NCBI GenBank assembly: GCA_951406725.2
Contig: OX597828.1
Location: 31,992,001 to 32,056,000, forward strand
DNA: 64,000 nucleotides
Reading direction: 5' to 3'
Source: Octopus vulgaris
Lineage: Eukaryota
Shown here one piece after another: positions 27,573-41,576 of the stretch. The number at the start of each line of letters is the position of its first letter. Position 1 is the first letter of the stretch. The notes under the pieces were generated by a model, which was given only the letters and a program-made list of their open reading frames with translations, was not told where the DNA came from and searched no databases. A program made the position numbers and the translations under genes.

Positions 27573-28054
27573 ATGATATATATTTGGCGACTAAATGCGG
27601 TGGTCGCATAGAGGACGATGTTGTTGTAGTTTTTAGCTGCAGAAAGATATCTCCAGCTGGCTGACGACACACTGTCTGTGTCCGATTAATGTTTGGCAAA
27701 TATATTTTATGTAGTTACTGTTTACCACTCGCTCAGAGATTTAAAACAGCTTATTTTCCCTTTTGCGAGATCGGTGACAGTTTGTTACTGGAAAAAGCAT
27801 ATAGTACTTTGTGAGTGGAATGAGTTTTCATCGATAGCTGGTGATCATCACACACTGGAGACGGGTAACTACCCAGAAACGGGGTCTATGTGTATCACGT
27901 AAGGCTAGAGCAGGGAGCAGTGATCTCCGATCACGAATACTAATCAAACACAGATAGTGTGTCGTTAGCCAGATGGAGATGTCTTCCTGGGGCAAAAAGC
28001 AACAGTTACATCATCCTCTATGCGACCGCCACATTTAGTTAGCATATATATGTC

Positions 28055-28056
<2 letters not shown>
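27573..28056. mobile_element. Fold-back/MITE-like element with ~115-bp inverted arms
   Basis: 27573-27689 is the imperfect reverse complement of 27938-28056 (e.g. GGTCGCATAGAGGA / TCCTCTATGCGACC); TA-rich flanks. Confidence 0.8.
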
Positions 28057-28086
<30 letters not shown>

Positions 28087-28087
<1 letters not shown>

Positions 28088-28371
28088 TCACCATGACCGA
28101 CCAGGCTATCAGATTTTGATACACATCACTGGTCACGATGCGCTTCGCTTTGTGCTAACCTTCAAATGACGCCACCCCTCTGGCTAACCGAGCAGGCCAT
28201 CAGAAGAAAGAGTGAGAGAAATTTGTGGGACCGCCACCATCCCCTGCCAGCGCTTCGTGGATGTTTAGGTGTTTTCGCTCAATAAACACTCGCAACGACA
28301 TGTCTGGGAATCGAAACCGCGATCGTACAGCTGCGAGTTCGCTGCCCTAACCACTGTGCCATTGCGCCTCC
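28087..28371 (-). mobile_element. tRNA-derived SINE, family D
   Basis: Minus strand GGAGGCGCAATGGCACAGTGGTTAGGGCAGCG (A box) and GGTTTCGATTCCC (B box), followed by a non-tRNA body. Confidence 0.8.
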
Positions 28372-28397
28372 AAACACACACACATATACACACACAT

Positions 28398-28441
<44 letters not shown>

Positions 28442-28727
28442 GAATATATGTATGTATGTATATATATATATATATATGTATATGTATGTGTGTGTGTGTA
28501 ACGATATTCAGATACCTATTTTAATATAAAGATTTCAAAATTTATCAGGTATAGCATGGTTGTAAGTGTTACAGCGTATTTACACTGTTTACAATAACAG
28601 CAGAGAATATGTGCGTGTCTGTGTATGTGTGTGTGCACACATGTAATTATGCATATATGCACATATATAAATATATTCGTTCTATATATATAGATGCATG
28701 TATGTATATCTGTATGTCACTTTACAA

Positions 28728-28780
<53 letters not shown>

Positions 28781-29261
28781 AATATTTTCTCTAAAGATTT
28801 TGACAAGTAGCTTCTCACACTAAAACATTTCCGATGTTAAGGAGGAAATAGCGCGGTACATATAAATCTACTTTCGCAAACTGTATATATATATAACATC
28901 GCTTACATACATCAAAGCAATGAAAATAGAAATACAGTATGATATTTTCCTATTTCTTCAGAATCTTAAAAAATGTAATAAACCTGAATTTATTTGGCCG
29001 ATGTTTGCTACTTTTAAACCTTCAAATTATTCTTAGAATCTGTTTATTTAAGGGAGGGTACAGTGATTTAAGACGTATATATGCTGCTATAGATCGGGAT
29101 TGAAACCCACGGTTTTTTCCTTTTTTTGTTTACTTCGAAACATTGCAATTCATATTTGTATAACGTATACATTTCTCAAGTATTCCATTACCACACTACA
29201 TTTGTATTCTTATAACTTTTCTAGCATGCTATATATACATATATATTATATCCTTTAACTT

Positions 29262-29683
<422 letters not shown>

Positions 29684-29758
29684 ATAAAGATCCTATATCA
29701 TCAAATATATATTTTCCTTTTGTCATGTATCGGAGATCAAAAGGAAAATTTCATCAAG

Positions 29759-30170
29759 TAGGTGCAAGAGTAGCAGTGTGGTAAGTAGCTTGCTTACCAA
29801 CCACATGGTTACGGGTTCAGTCCTATTGCGTAGCACATTGGGCAAGTGTCTTCCATTATAGCCAGGGGCCGACCAAAGCCTTGTGAGTGGATTTGGTAGA
29901 CAGAAAATGAAAGAAGCCCGTCGTATATGTGTATATATGTATGCGTGTGTGTATGTTTCCTCCCCCCCCCACAAAAAAAAAAAAACCCGCATGATAACTG
30001 ATGCTGTCGTGTTTACGTCCCCATAACTTAGCGGTTCGGCAAAAAAGTCCGATCGAATAAATACTAGACTTACAAAAGAATAAGTCCTGAGGTCGATTGC
30101 TCGACAAAAGGTGATGCTCTAGCATAGCCAAGTCAAATGACTGAAACAAATAAAAGAAAGAAAAGAAAAA
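29759..30170 (+). mobile_element. SINE family B, full length
   Basis: GTGTGGTAAGTAGCTTGCTTACCAACCACATGG..GGGTTCAGTCC..TTGGGCAAGTGTC..AACTTAGCGGTTCGGCAAAA..GTCAAATGACTGAAAC. Confidence 0.9.
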
Positions 30171-32374
30171 GAATATAACCGTAAATATAAATGTCAAAGT
30201 CTTTACTGTTTCGTTATTTGGTAGAACCATCTCTGTTTCATTTCAAATGCATAGGGATTGCTTCATCTTCGCACCCCGTTTGCCGTATATTTCAAAGCAG
30301 AAAAATGGCTTAAATATTTTCGTTTATAGTGATGGTCCTCTTTTACAATCTGTTACGAATGCATTACCATATTTCAACCTTCAATCTGCGATATTCACTA
30401 ATGATTAATGTTACTGAGCGTTTTTTTTTTTCTGCTTTTGGAAACTCAAAATGTAATTATATGAAATCGTTATGGATTATTCATTGTTCGGGAGAAAATA
30501 TTTGGGGTGAGATTAGTAGCGTGTACTTTACCTTCTCGTTAAGGTACGACATGCAAGAATTATGTTGCCAAATCACCAATAAGTATAATTCCTTTTATTT
30601 TATGACTGAACACACAACAGGGCCTTAAAATATTTCATTTCTAAACCAGACATCGAAGCCCCGGTTGTATGCTGAGCTGCTAATTACGGTAGTCTTCCTC
30701 TAAGAGATTATATTATAAGATACATAATATATAATTTACGGTGCATTTACAAAGAAACAGTAGTTTCTTTTGATCGCACGACTTCACACATTTGTGAAAC
30801 ACTTGTCATTCTGCTCGACTGTTAGAAAAAGATAAGAAATAAATTGCTATTGAAGACAGCATAATCTATTAAATATACTTCGTGTATTTGATGTTGACAG
30901 CTGATTAATGGCTTTAACTAATGATATCGGGTATTCCAGCTCACAATAGAAAAGTGTTCTGTGCAAATTCGACCTCGAAATCATTTACTGCCGCTGTGTC
31001 GCTACATTATCTCTCAACACAGATCAATTCACAAAATATACGACGAAAAGAAAATGGGTATATCCAGTAACCTAAGGCTGTTTGACTTTCAGTTTACAGC
31101 CAGGTCAACTTGTGACACATAATGGTGATCAATCAAAGAGATAAATTCTGTTCTCTGGCGATATAACACAGACTGTCCACACCAACAGTCGCCAATAAAT
31201 ACATAGCATTACTACTTATTATTGGCAATTGATTTTTAGCATTATATATTCGGCGAACAATTAATTAAAGACGCTGTAGCCAGAGGCTTAACAGCTATTT
31301 TCATGATATTAATATTTGGAAAATTTTAAAGCAAATTAATTTGAAAATTCGAAATAGATTTTTATTCAGTGCAAACATAACGCCTAGAATTTAAATAAAG
31401 AATGAAGCAAACACAAATTATTTTGCTACTTTTTCTTCCTTGTCCGAAAAATGCCACAGAGTTAGAGGTGAGTGTAACATGTTACAGACATCAATATACC
31501 AAATCGAAAGAATACGACATAATAATCATCTTCAAACGCAAGAATACAAAATTTAAAGAGCTTAAACGAAACAATTCAAAGCATATAGATTTATCCGATA
31601 TTCCGAAATTATTGCTTTCCGAATATGCAAATTAAGACTCTCTTCTTAACAACCGACTGTAAAAATATATACCACATTAACGCAAATAACAATAACATGG
31701 TATTAAAGAGTTGCAGAACTCTTTAGAAATGAAGTTTTAGAAATGAAAATGTTTTCTATGGGAAATGATTTTTTTTTAATGAAACATAGAATAATAAAAT
31801 GTTACACATGCTGGAACACACAGAAAACGCATTGATTGATACTCCGGCATGGTCTAAGCCTTAGGGCTAGAATGTATAAAAATAATTTTAAAAAATAATA
31901 TAGATATATAGATATATATATATGCATATATTTGTATAGCCTTTATTTTTTTGATATTCAATGTGCATTCTCAATTTTTTCTTCTTACTTTCCCTATACG
32001 TATAAGTACATACACACACACACACGTATGCATGTGTGTATATACGCGAGAGTTACCGCGATGCAGAAGGAGGAAGTAAATGCCGTCAAATTTGACAGAT
32101 ATAATATTCTTCAAACATTTCATTCCAGCACACGTCAATATCTTTCGCTTTGAGCGATGTTTTATGTTAAATTTTACAGTAGTTTTATATTCTGTTACTA
32201 AGGAATTTCATCCAGAGAAGGCGTAATGACAGGATTGTACATTTTTTTTGTATGATATATGCATGCATGTATGCATGTGTATGTATACATGTAGGTATGT
32301 TCATACATATGTGTATATATGCATATGTACATAACAATAATATATACATATATAAATTCATTAATATATATACC

Positions 32375-32406
<32 letters not shown>

Positions 32407-32425
32407 AAATATATATAAATATACA

Positions 32426-32472
<47 letters not shown>

Positions 32473-33212
32473 CTATATATGTGTGTGTAAGTGTGTGTAT
32501 ACCTATATGTGTGCATGTGTGTGGAAGTGTTTCTATAAATTCACCATTTTATTAAGTATAACACTTAACCTCAGCACATGTTTCTTTGCTGGAGAAATTT
32601 TGATGCGCTGTACATGTATTGGAGTCACTCAAACTGTATAAGTTGACCTTGTCTGTTGCATATATGTGCTACATAATTCCATTGTTCTAATCATCACCAT
32701 AGTATACTTACTATGTATACAGAAATTTGGCCTAGGTTAATAGAACTTTGGCAGTCAAGCCTGAAAAGCCTGATTGCTTTGAAGAATGGACCAATATATT
32801 GCTAACAGTGTATTTACTAGTTTCAAGATACGAGTTTGTAATTAACGCTTTATATTGAAAGCGTAGTGAAATTTTAGGAGAACTTAGTTACACACAAAAA
32901 GAAAAGTGAAAACTGGACTCATGAGCGCAGCCATCACTAAAATGCAATCAGGTGTATACATTTGAAATGTTTGGTAAACAAGGGTGTATTTCTAGTTTCA
33001 ATTTCTCTGCATCTCCAAATGTTCTCCTGTGTGACGGAAGAGGAAAAGTAACGGCTGTTATTGGAAGTATTTGGTCCTGACCCTGCATGCACGATGCCAT
33101 AGGCTGGAAGTCGTCTTCCACAGTCCTACTTACATATATATGCATGCATGTATATACAAGTATGTGTGTATGTAAGCATGTACGTATGTATATATGTATG
33201 CATTGAAATGTG

Positions 33213-33243
<31 letters not shown>

Positions 33244-33561
33244 ATATATATATATATATGGAAAGAGTGAGAGAGAGAAACAAAAAGAGATGTCGATAGA
33301 TATATATATAGATATGCATGTATGAAGCCATGTATAAATTATTATGGAATAATCGATAAGCATAAAGACTGCAGTGAAACCTCGACGAAATATAAAATTC
33401 TGGCTAATCTAATTAAGAAAATTCTGAATGCTAAATGTTTCCACCTGGAGTATATAAAAGATACTCTTACATGACGTTAAAATTTCATTGACTGGTAATT
33501 TAGAATAGTACAATGATCGTAAATATCCCTTGAATGATGTTTTGTCTCTGTTATTCTCTGA

Positions 33562-33614
<53 letters not shown>

Positions 33615-36398
33615 GAGTCAGAGAGAGAGAGAGAGAAGGAGAGAGTAATAAGGAGTTAGATAGGTTGGTAGGTAGATAGATAGATAGATAAATGAACATA
33701 CACATGCATATATGTTTCTTTGTGTACATGTGTGTCTCATTGTCTCACTGCGTTCGCGTGAGAATCTGTGCATGTGATTGTGTGTGCAAAGACAATCATG
33801 GTGAATATTTGAACATGTAAGTGATGTGGTACTGATATATGCAGATATGACATATAGCGTTTGCAGAATGCTTTATGTATTCATTTAGTATATAATACAC
33901 ATGATTCAAAAAGTGACATGTTTATTCTCACAGCCAGGAGCGATGCTAACTCAATATCTTTATTTTGATATCTATGACAGAGTGTCATAAATTTTTTTAT
34001 GTGTTTCAAGGAAAATGTTGGGTTATTATGTTAGTGAGTCTCTTCGATATAGAAAGTTTCATGATAGACGGACAAGGTTACAAACTCGTTCATAATTAAC
34101 AGATTTTAACTGCTTTAATCGGCACTGAGCCTCTTTAGCATACACCATTTGGACACGTTCTGCGTTCATACTTTTCTTTGAAAATATTGCTCAATTATTT
34201 TTTACTTCAGAAATTGTTTCCTTTTCCGCCCAAAGCTTATTCTAAAATTTTGCATTGTTAATTTTCTCCAATATTTCATCTGTAAAATATAATGTTTTAC
34301 TCAGCCGTTTAGAATTAAACCAACCCTAATTACTTTTGTAGTTCATACTCATGAAACTGTTGTTCTATAAGAAAACTGAAGGATTTGAAATACAAGAGGA
34401 ATAACTGTAATGGCGGCATCCATTTTCAAACAATAAGGAATGACGCTTTTATGAACACGCAACGCTCATATTTGATTATGAATGTCTGTTAGTAACAGAA
34501 GTTTCTACTTCGTTAACGATACTCTTGTTCCGCATTAGTGAATAAAAATCAACATATTTTACTAATCATTACTAAAATTTGCATTATTTTATGATGAAAA
34601 CAACAAATTATTCCAAAGAAAAGAATCATAATTACTAAATTATTACAAAACAATCTTTGATATGTACCGATCTTAATGCATCTTATCAACTGGAGAATTA
34701 ATGTTTTTCTAATGTATGTGCACATTAGTCAAAGTGGGATTAATTTCGTCGCAACAGTTTGACAATTATTTCAGTTTATAAAAGATTGAATATTTGTTCT
34801 TGAGAGAGCAATTGTACTGAGATTCACGAAACCTATTTTTGAGTTGAAGTATAATGCACTTGAAAGCTATAATTAAGAGGGAGATTAAACAAAAAAAGAT
34901 TATTATGGAAATTAATGCAAGGATGAATGGTTTTCGTAAATCAAAGCGGTAATTGCTTTCTATTAGTCATGTATAGATAGAAAAAAACATATTTTAATAG
35001 CTGCATATTGATTTCTTATAATACAAACACGAGGATTGAGATTTATAGACGTTGCCTGTTGAGCCAGTATCGATAGAAGTAAACTGCCGTTAGAACAAAT
35101 ATCAAAAAATTTCGAAAAGTATTCTCCGCTATATATCAAACAGGGACTATTACACTCGCTACACATATCTACATGATTACACGAAGAACATCTACGTCGC
35201 TTCTTGAATAATGCATCTTTTCTTGTTAGTAACTACCTTGTGTTAAACGATGATAAATATGGTCTTTTCAATAATTCGTATATTTTATCGTCAGTTCACG
35301 GTCGTCTTTATATGGCCGAATATAAACAGTGTAAAATCAAACACATACACACATGTAAGATATTATATGCATATATAGATATATAAATAAACACACACAT
35401 AGACACACGCACAAACACACACACGCACATCTATACAGTTTGGTTAATCGCACTACTAAATGTAGAGATACGATACTGTCCTTGAATATCGGTGTTTATA
35501 CGCAGTTTATGACTAAATCCATTATCTATAAATTGCTATAGAGTGTCTGATTCACCAATATTGATTTCTAGAGCCACAAATATCTATAAATATTCTACAG
35601 CGAATTGCATCATCACCAGTACAATACGGGTGCTTCTTGAATTGAATGTGTAGCTCTGAAATGCAAGGGAATCCACCTGCATTTTGAATCTGGATTGTCA
35701 GGGGATCTACCTGAATAGAAAATTCAATCATTTCGGGCAATTCTTTCATTGTTCCGATACTTCAATATATGTATTAATTACACGCACGTTTACTACCGAA
35801 CGTTATTTATTCATAGGTGTCATTCAACCTTACATCAATCGAATGGAATTCTGTTTATAAACTACACCAATATTGAATTTACATATGATACTGTTATTTA
35901 AATCCGATTAAAGAACAATATTCTTTCCTCTGCGATTATATAAAAAAGAAACAAAAAACAGTATTGTACACATTGCAAAAGGAAGATTTACATAGGTTCA
36001 ATAACTACTAAATGCAAAAAGCATTTATTACCTAGTATGTAAAACAGAAACACGTATTTGTTTTGCACGGCGTTGCGAATGTGTTTTAGTGTTACATTAC
36101 GCATTGCATATACAACTCTTATTGCTGCAAATAAAATGATATCATCAAGCTTGCGTTATCGGGACGTTGTGAAGTTTTACTTGCTTATTTACTCGAAAAG
36201 CTGATGGTGTCTTTAAAACATCAAGACTCACAGAAAGATCAAAAAGAAAACAACACGAATAATCAATTCTTTTACGCTTTGAAACTCAAAACATAGATGA
36301 CAAAAGTGAATATTCGATTGCATTATCGCATATAATTCATTTCTCAAACAGTTCCAACTCACAAAACTTAACATACACAAAAGAGTATATTTCTATAG

Positions 36399-36411
36399 CT
36401 CTCTCTCTCTT

Positions 36412-36467
<56 letters not shown>

Positions 36468-36547
36468 AACATATATGCGTTTGAGTGTGTGTATAAGTGT
36501 GTTTGTATGAAATATTATCCGGTGGATTCTAGAGAGACTTACTTTAA

Positions 36548-36619
<72 letters not shown>

Positions 36620-36776
36620 GTGTGTGTGTGTGTGTGTGTGTGTGCATTTTACTGAATCCTATGTAGGCACTTCATATTTAAGTACCTTATACAACTGTGA
36701 GAGAGTGAGGGAGAGAGAGTGAGGGAGAGAGAGTGAGGAGATATATAGATAGATAGATAGATATATAGATAAATAA

Positions 36777-36820
<44 letters not shown>

Positions 36821-36858
36821 GTAGATTCATTGATTGATTGATTCATTCATTCATTCAT
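36399..36858. repeat. Cluster of (CT)n, (TA)n, (TG)n, (AG)n, (AGAT)n and (ATTG/ATTC)n microsatellites
   Basis: Directly visible. Confidence 0.92.
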
Positions 36859-36872
36859 AGATAAATAAAATT

Positions 36873-37219
36873 TGATGGACAGTTGTCAGTTCATTACAGC
36901 CGTTTCTAACACATTTTATCATTGGGCAATGAGTAAATTATAGCATTATAAAACGCTGTTTTCTTCAGATGAATACGTGAATTTTACAAGCAAGCATAAG
37001 GCAAAAAATTGGAAATCCACGGCACATACATATTTAGTGATTCCACGACTGGCTTTTGCGGCAGACTGAGCTTGACAAAAACAAAGTACATTCAATGTCC
37101 TTCATTGTAAAATCCATGTATTCATCTGAAGAAAACTTTTTTTATTATGATACAATGCGTTAATCGATAAAATAAAAATTTGTTAGAAACATCTTTAATG
37201 AACTGACACTTCCCCATCA
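36873..37219. repeat. Imperfect long inverted repeat (arms 36873-36989 and 37105-37219)
   Basis: Perfect 19-bp block GTTTTCTTCAGATGAATAC / GTATTCATCTGAAGAAAAC, plus collinear TGTCAGTTCATTA / TAATGAACTGACA and GTTTCTAACA / TGTTAGAAAC. Confidence 0.88.
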
Positions 37220-37677
37220 GTTGTTACTTATTTATTTTTAATTCACCTCTCTTGGAACCTTTCCCTTCCGAAACATATTATGGAATGGGTATTTGATAAA
37301 ATCTACATGTCTGAATAGCTCAAGAATGGACTCTATACTCAGTCGGGTCTAATTAACTGCATACATGAGCCGAGTATAATTCTGCCAGTAATTCTTTATC
37401 AAGGTTGGTATTCATCCATAATTGTTGTGTGTGCATTTTACTCCAGCCTAAGTAGGCACCTCACATTTGAATAGCTTATACAACTGAATCTTGTTAAATT
37501 ATATATATATATAATTTTTATTCATATTATTCAAAATATTCAACGTAAACACGAAGTTTCTACCTTTATAAACAAGGAGTTACAACACCATTACTTGTGA
37601 GATTTTTGCTGCCCTGGTAACTATTTATTTATTTTTCCGTGTTAATTGTTAACAAGGTAAAAATACACTCATCTATT

Positions 37678-37754
<77 letters not shown>

Positions 37755-39887
37755 TAACATAAATTTACCAGACCACTCATTTACAATATATTATATCCTA
37801 TCCCAAATAAAGTAAGCAACACTATTTAGAATTATATAGTATAAGTGAGAGCTGTATTCTGATTTGTTTGTGTTCATGTGTGTCATTATCGGAATGATAA
37901 GCTCGATATTTAAACATGAATTAGTTTTCTACTAATCCAAATTAATGCAAAATTCTAGCCAATATTGAATTCTTTCATTTTTGCCTATATAAATGCTGCT
38001 TTAGAATGTATCATGCCTAATATTGACCTTTTTAACTAATTTAACTTTGAACACATATACAATAATTAATATTGAACAGCATGAACTTCATTACCTCATC
38101 TATAATCCTAAAAGCGTCTTGACTTTTTAATATAGGAATCATGAAGACTTTCAAGTATACTAAGGAAATATCTGAGTCGAATTCGATGCTAAAATTGAAA
38201 CCACATCAAAAGGAATAAATTAGAAAATGGTCTAAACTTTGAAGCTGAAGAGAAGCTATGAATCTCTATATCACAGAAAGGGTTCACACTGAAAAAATAT
38301 TCACGTGGAAGCTTTTGCTAAAAGCATTAGACACGCTGAAATGGAATAATGCATATTAAATACTTTGTTATCAAAATAAATTGAGTACTTGGGAAACAGT
38401 TTTACATTTTCACACCACTATCCCGGTAGTAATAACCGCTTGGTGAGTGTACAAAAAATAGTTTAATTCATAACACAAAAACTGAAAACTACAATGTTCA
38501 AGTACTTCCCTCTTGAATGTAGTTCATTAATTGCGTAATAATATTTGACGGGAACTGATTTCAACATAAGGTGGTTCAGTGACAATATCTTTATTGAATT
38601 ACGCTGTTTGGTTTGAAAATGGACAATTATCGCTCCTGGAATAATGGATATTGTCGATAAGTTAAACAGAGATTTCCGTAAAACCTTGTCAGAATCAGTT
38701 TGTCAAAGTCTATTTGAAAGAAATTTGCAATGGAACGCAATGCATACTTCACTCGAAAAGTATAAAAGCAAGGAAACTTGAGTATTGTCTCCTACAATAA
38801 TATCAGTGTTCTTTGTAATTATGTTACATATTTACTCGGGGATATTGGCATCCATGTCATTTTACTCAATTTTATGATTTCTTTGCTATTGTTTGTTTTG
38901 AACACAGCCCAGCATCATAAAAAGAAATGTTTGTAGTCACAGAATTTATAAAGAATTATGCAAAATGTATAATAGTTAATTATAACGTCGACACTTATCT
39001 GGGTATGTTACCTATTTATATTATTGCCAAATGAAATATTTCTGTCTATTTTTATATTATGTTACTTGGAGCGTTTTGACAGTTGATGAGTTTTTGAAGC
39101 TTATTCTGGGAACAATACTCCATTAATATTAACATATTTTGAGTGTTCATTAATACAACCATATAAAACTATATATATTCCCCTAATAAATAATGTGAAA
39201 TAGATATAATACACTGAAATTAATTATGACTGTCCCAATAAAATGGCATTACTTTCATAAATGCTGTTTTATATAACATCCCCTGTGTTATAATTGTCAG
39301 AAATCATTTATGTCTTAGTAACATAATCTGGATTCTGATTTATAATACTAATCGGATTGTGAATTATATTATCTGGAAACCAATAACAGGTAAGTTTCTA
39401 CGATATACTTGTTGTAAAATGAAGCCGTAATCCCACAATCTCGACCGCGACGTCCTAACATTTCATAATTAGCACTGGCTAATATAAACATAGTGACATG
39501 TTTGTAATCACAAAGTGTCTGGTCACTATTAGTGTTGCATCATGTCATAGGTTATCTCTATAATAATTGTATAGAGAAAAGCAAAATCAAGATAAAGAGG
39601 ATGCTGGTGAGTTTATACATAATCATTCAGACTTTTGTAATTGCATTAACTTCAAGAATGCAGAATTCATCGCAATCATGACTCGATACAGTACAAGGAA
39701 TATCAATGTGATTGATTTCAATGGTTCATATTTGGTCACGTTTTTCTGTCGTATATTTTCTGCAAATAAAACAATTCATTCTAATTAATAGAATAAATGA
39801 ACTTCATACAGTAAATATTCAAAAGGACACATTTTCATGTTCCCACTTTTGAAGGGTGCATTCTATTAAATACTAATTTCTAAGTTT

Positions 39888-39970
39888 GATACTTATTACA
39901 CCGATATCGTTTTTTTGCCGAACTGTTGCATATGGGGACATAACTAAACAGACATCGGTTACCAAGAAGT
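39888..39970 (-). mobile_element. SINE family B fragment
   Basis: TTTTGCCGAACTG..TATGGGGACATAA..CATCGGTT. Confidence 0.6.
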
Positions 39971-40347
39971 GCAAAATACAGAAGATATATGAATGTAGAC
40001 GCACAAAGTACGTACACACACACATACACACACACGCACACGCAGACAAGCGCGCACACATATAGAAACCTCAAACCACGCGGTTGCAGAGATTATATCG
40101 GTTGACGAAATTTCACCAACACCGGCTGTCACTATTGTATCATGTGAATTTAGCCTTTGAGCAACAGACAGCCAAACACCGAATGTCAAATTGAAAATCG
40201 GTTCAGAAATATTCTGTAATCATGTTCTTATTTGTACTTGGATTCTATCGGAATTAAGGTGAAAAAATTATTTACTCACCGTATTACGATACGTAGAAAG
40301 GAACACATTAACACACAAATCCCGTTAACTGAAAATCACGTGTATGT

Positions 40348-40433
<86 letters not shown>

Positions 40434-40798
40434 ATACACACATATATACATACATACACGCACACGCTTAGATAGATTGATAAATAGATAGATAGACAGA
40501 CAAACAGACATATACATACATACATACATTCATACATACCTACATACATACATAAATATATACATTCACAAAATGACAAATACATTGAGGATTAAAACTC
40601 TGCTATCTTTCGTTTGATTTCCTCCTGCCGTCTTCCAGTGGAATTAACTCTCTGTCCGGGATATCTAATATTATACACCCTACGGCAGATCCTCAGTGAT
40701 CTTTCACATTTCTCGTATAGCACGAGTCTCCCATATAGCGCAGACCACCACCACTGCGTTCGAAAAGACACACATATGCACACACAAACACACACGCA

Positions 40799-40830
<32 letters not shown>

Positions 40831-41388
40831 CGTATATGCGTATATCTGTGTTCGCGCCCGTGTATTTAGGAGCATGTATGCATAGTTAGATATATAGATT
40901 GTTTGGTATAACTAATGTAAGGACGAAATATGTGAAAATAAAAATATCAATATCGCTAGGATAAGGCGTAGGAGGAGAAAAGAAATTTTGTTTAGCAAAA
41001 TTCCGAAAAGTCAATATTATGATAATCTGAATTCTTTTTTTCCTTAATGAATTTCCTTATCAAACTGGTATTGAAATTTAGAAATAATTCATATAAAAGT
41101 GTCATGAACTAATAATTAACATCGATATTATCAGTTAAAGATGGTATACATTTCAATGCAATGTGATATATATCCATTCCATTGGTTTCTTTTTTGTGCA
41201 TAAAAAAATGAATAAATAAAAACAGGATGTATGCTCACGAACAGACACACAATCATGTGTATTGTACAATGATACGATACGCACGTACACAATCACATGA
41301 AATAAAAGATTTACGATACACAAAAATAGACATAGGTACACACCCATATATAAGCATACATACATTAGTATTGTACCCATGTATGCAC

Positions 41389-41420
<32 letters not shown>

Positions 41421-41491
41421 CATGTATATATATATATATATTTATATAAGAGTGTGTGTGTGTGTGTCAGTGTGTCTGTAAGTATACATGC

Positions 41492-41576
<85 letters not shown>

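Noticed and set aside
27661-27690. CTGACGA followed by a hairpin in the fold-back arm
   Set aside because: No GAAA after the stem, and the opposite arm lacks the core.
28295-28371. tRNA-like sequence with A and B boxes
   Set aside because: It continues into a SINE body and has no complete cloverleaf; it is a SINE head, not a tRNA gene.
32712-40328. Two 49-nt minus-strand pseudo-exons (40280-40328, 32712-32760) phase-compatible with the 47.1-kb leader exon
   Set aside because: The joined peptide is not protein-like, and such splice pairs are expected by chance.
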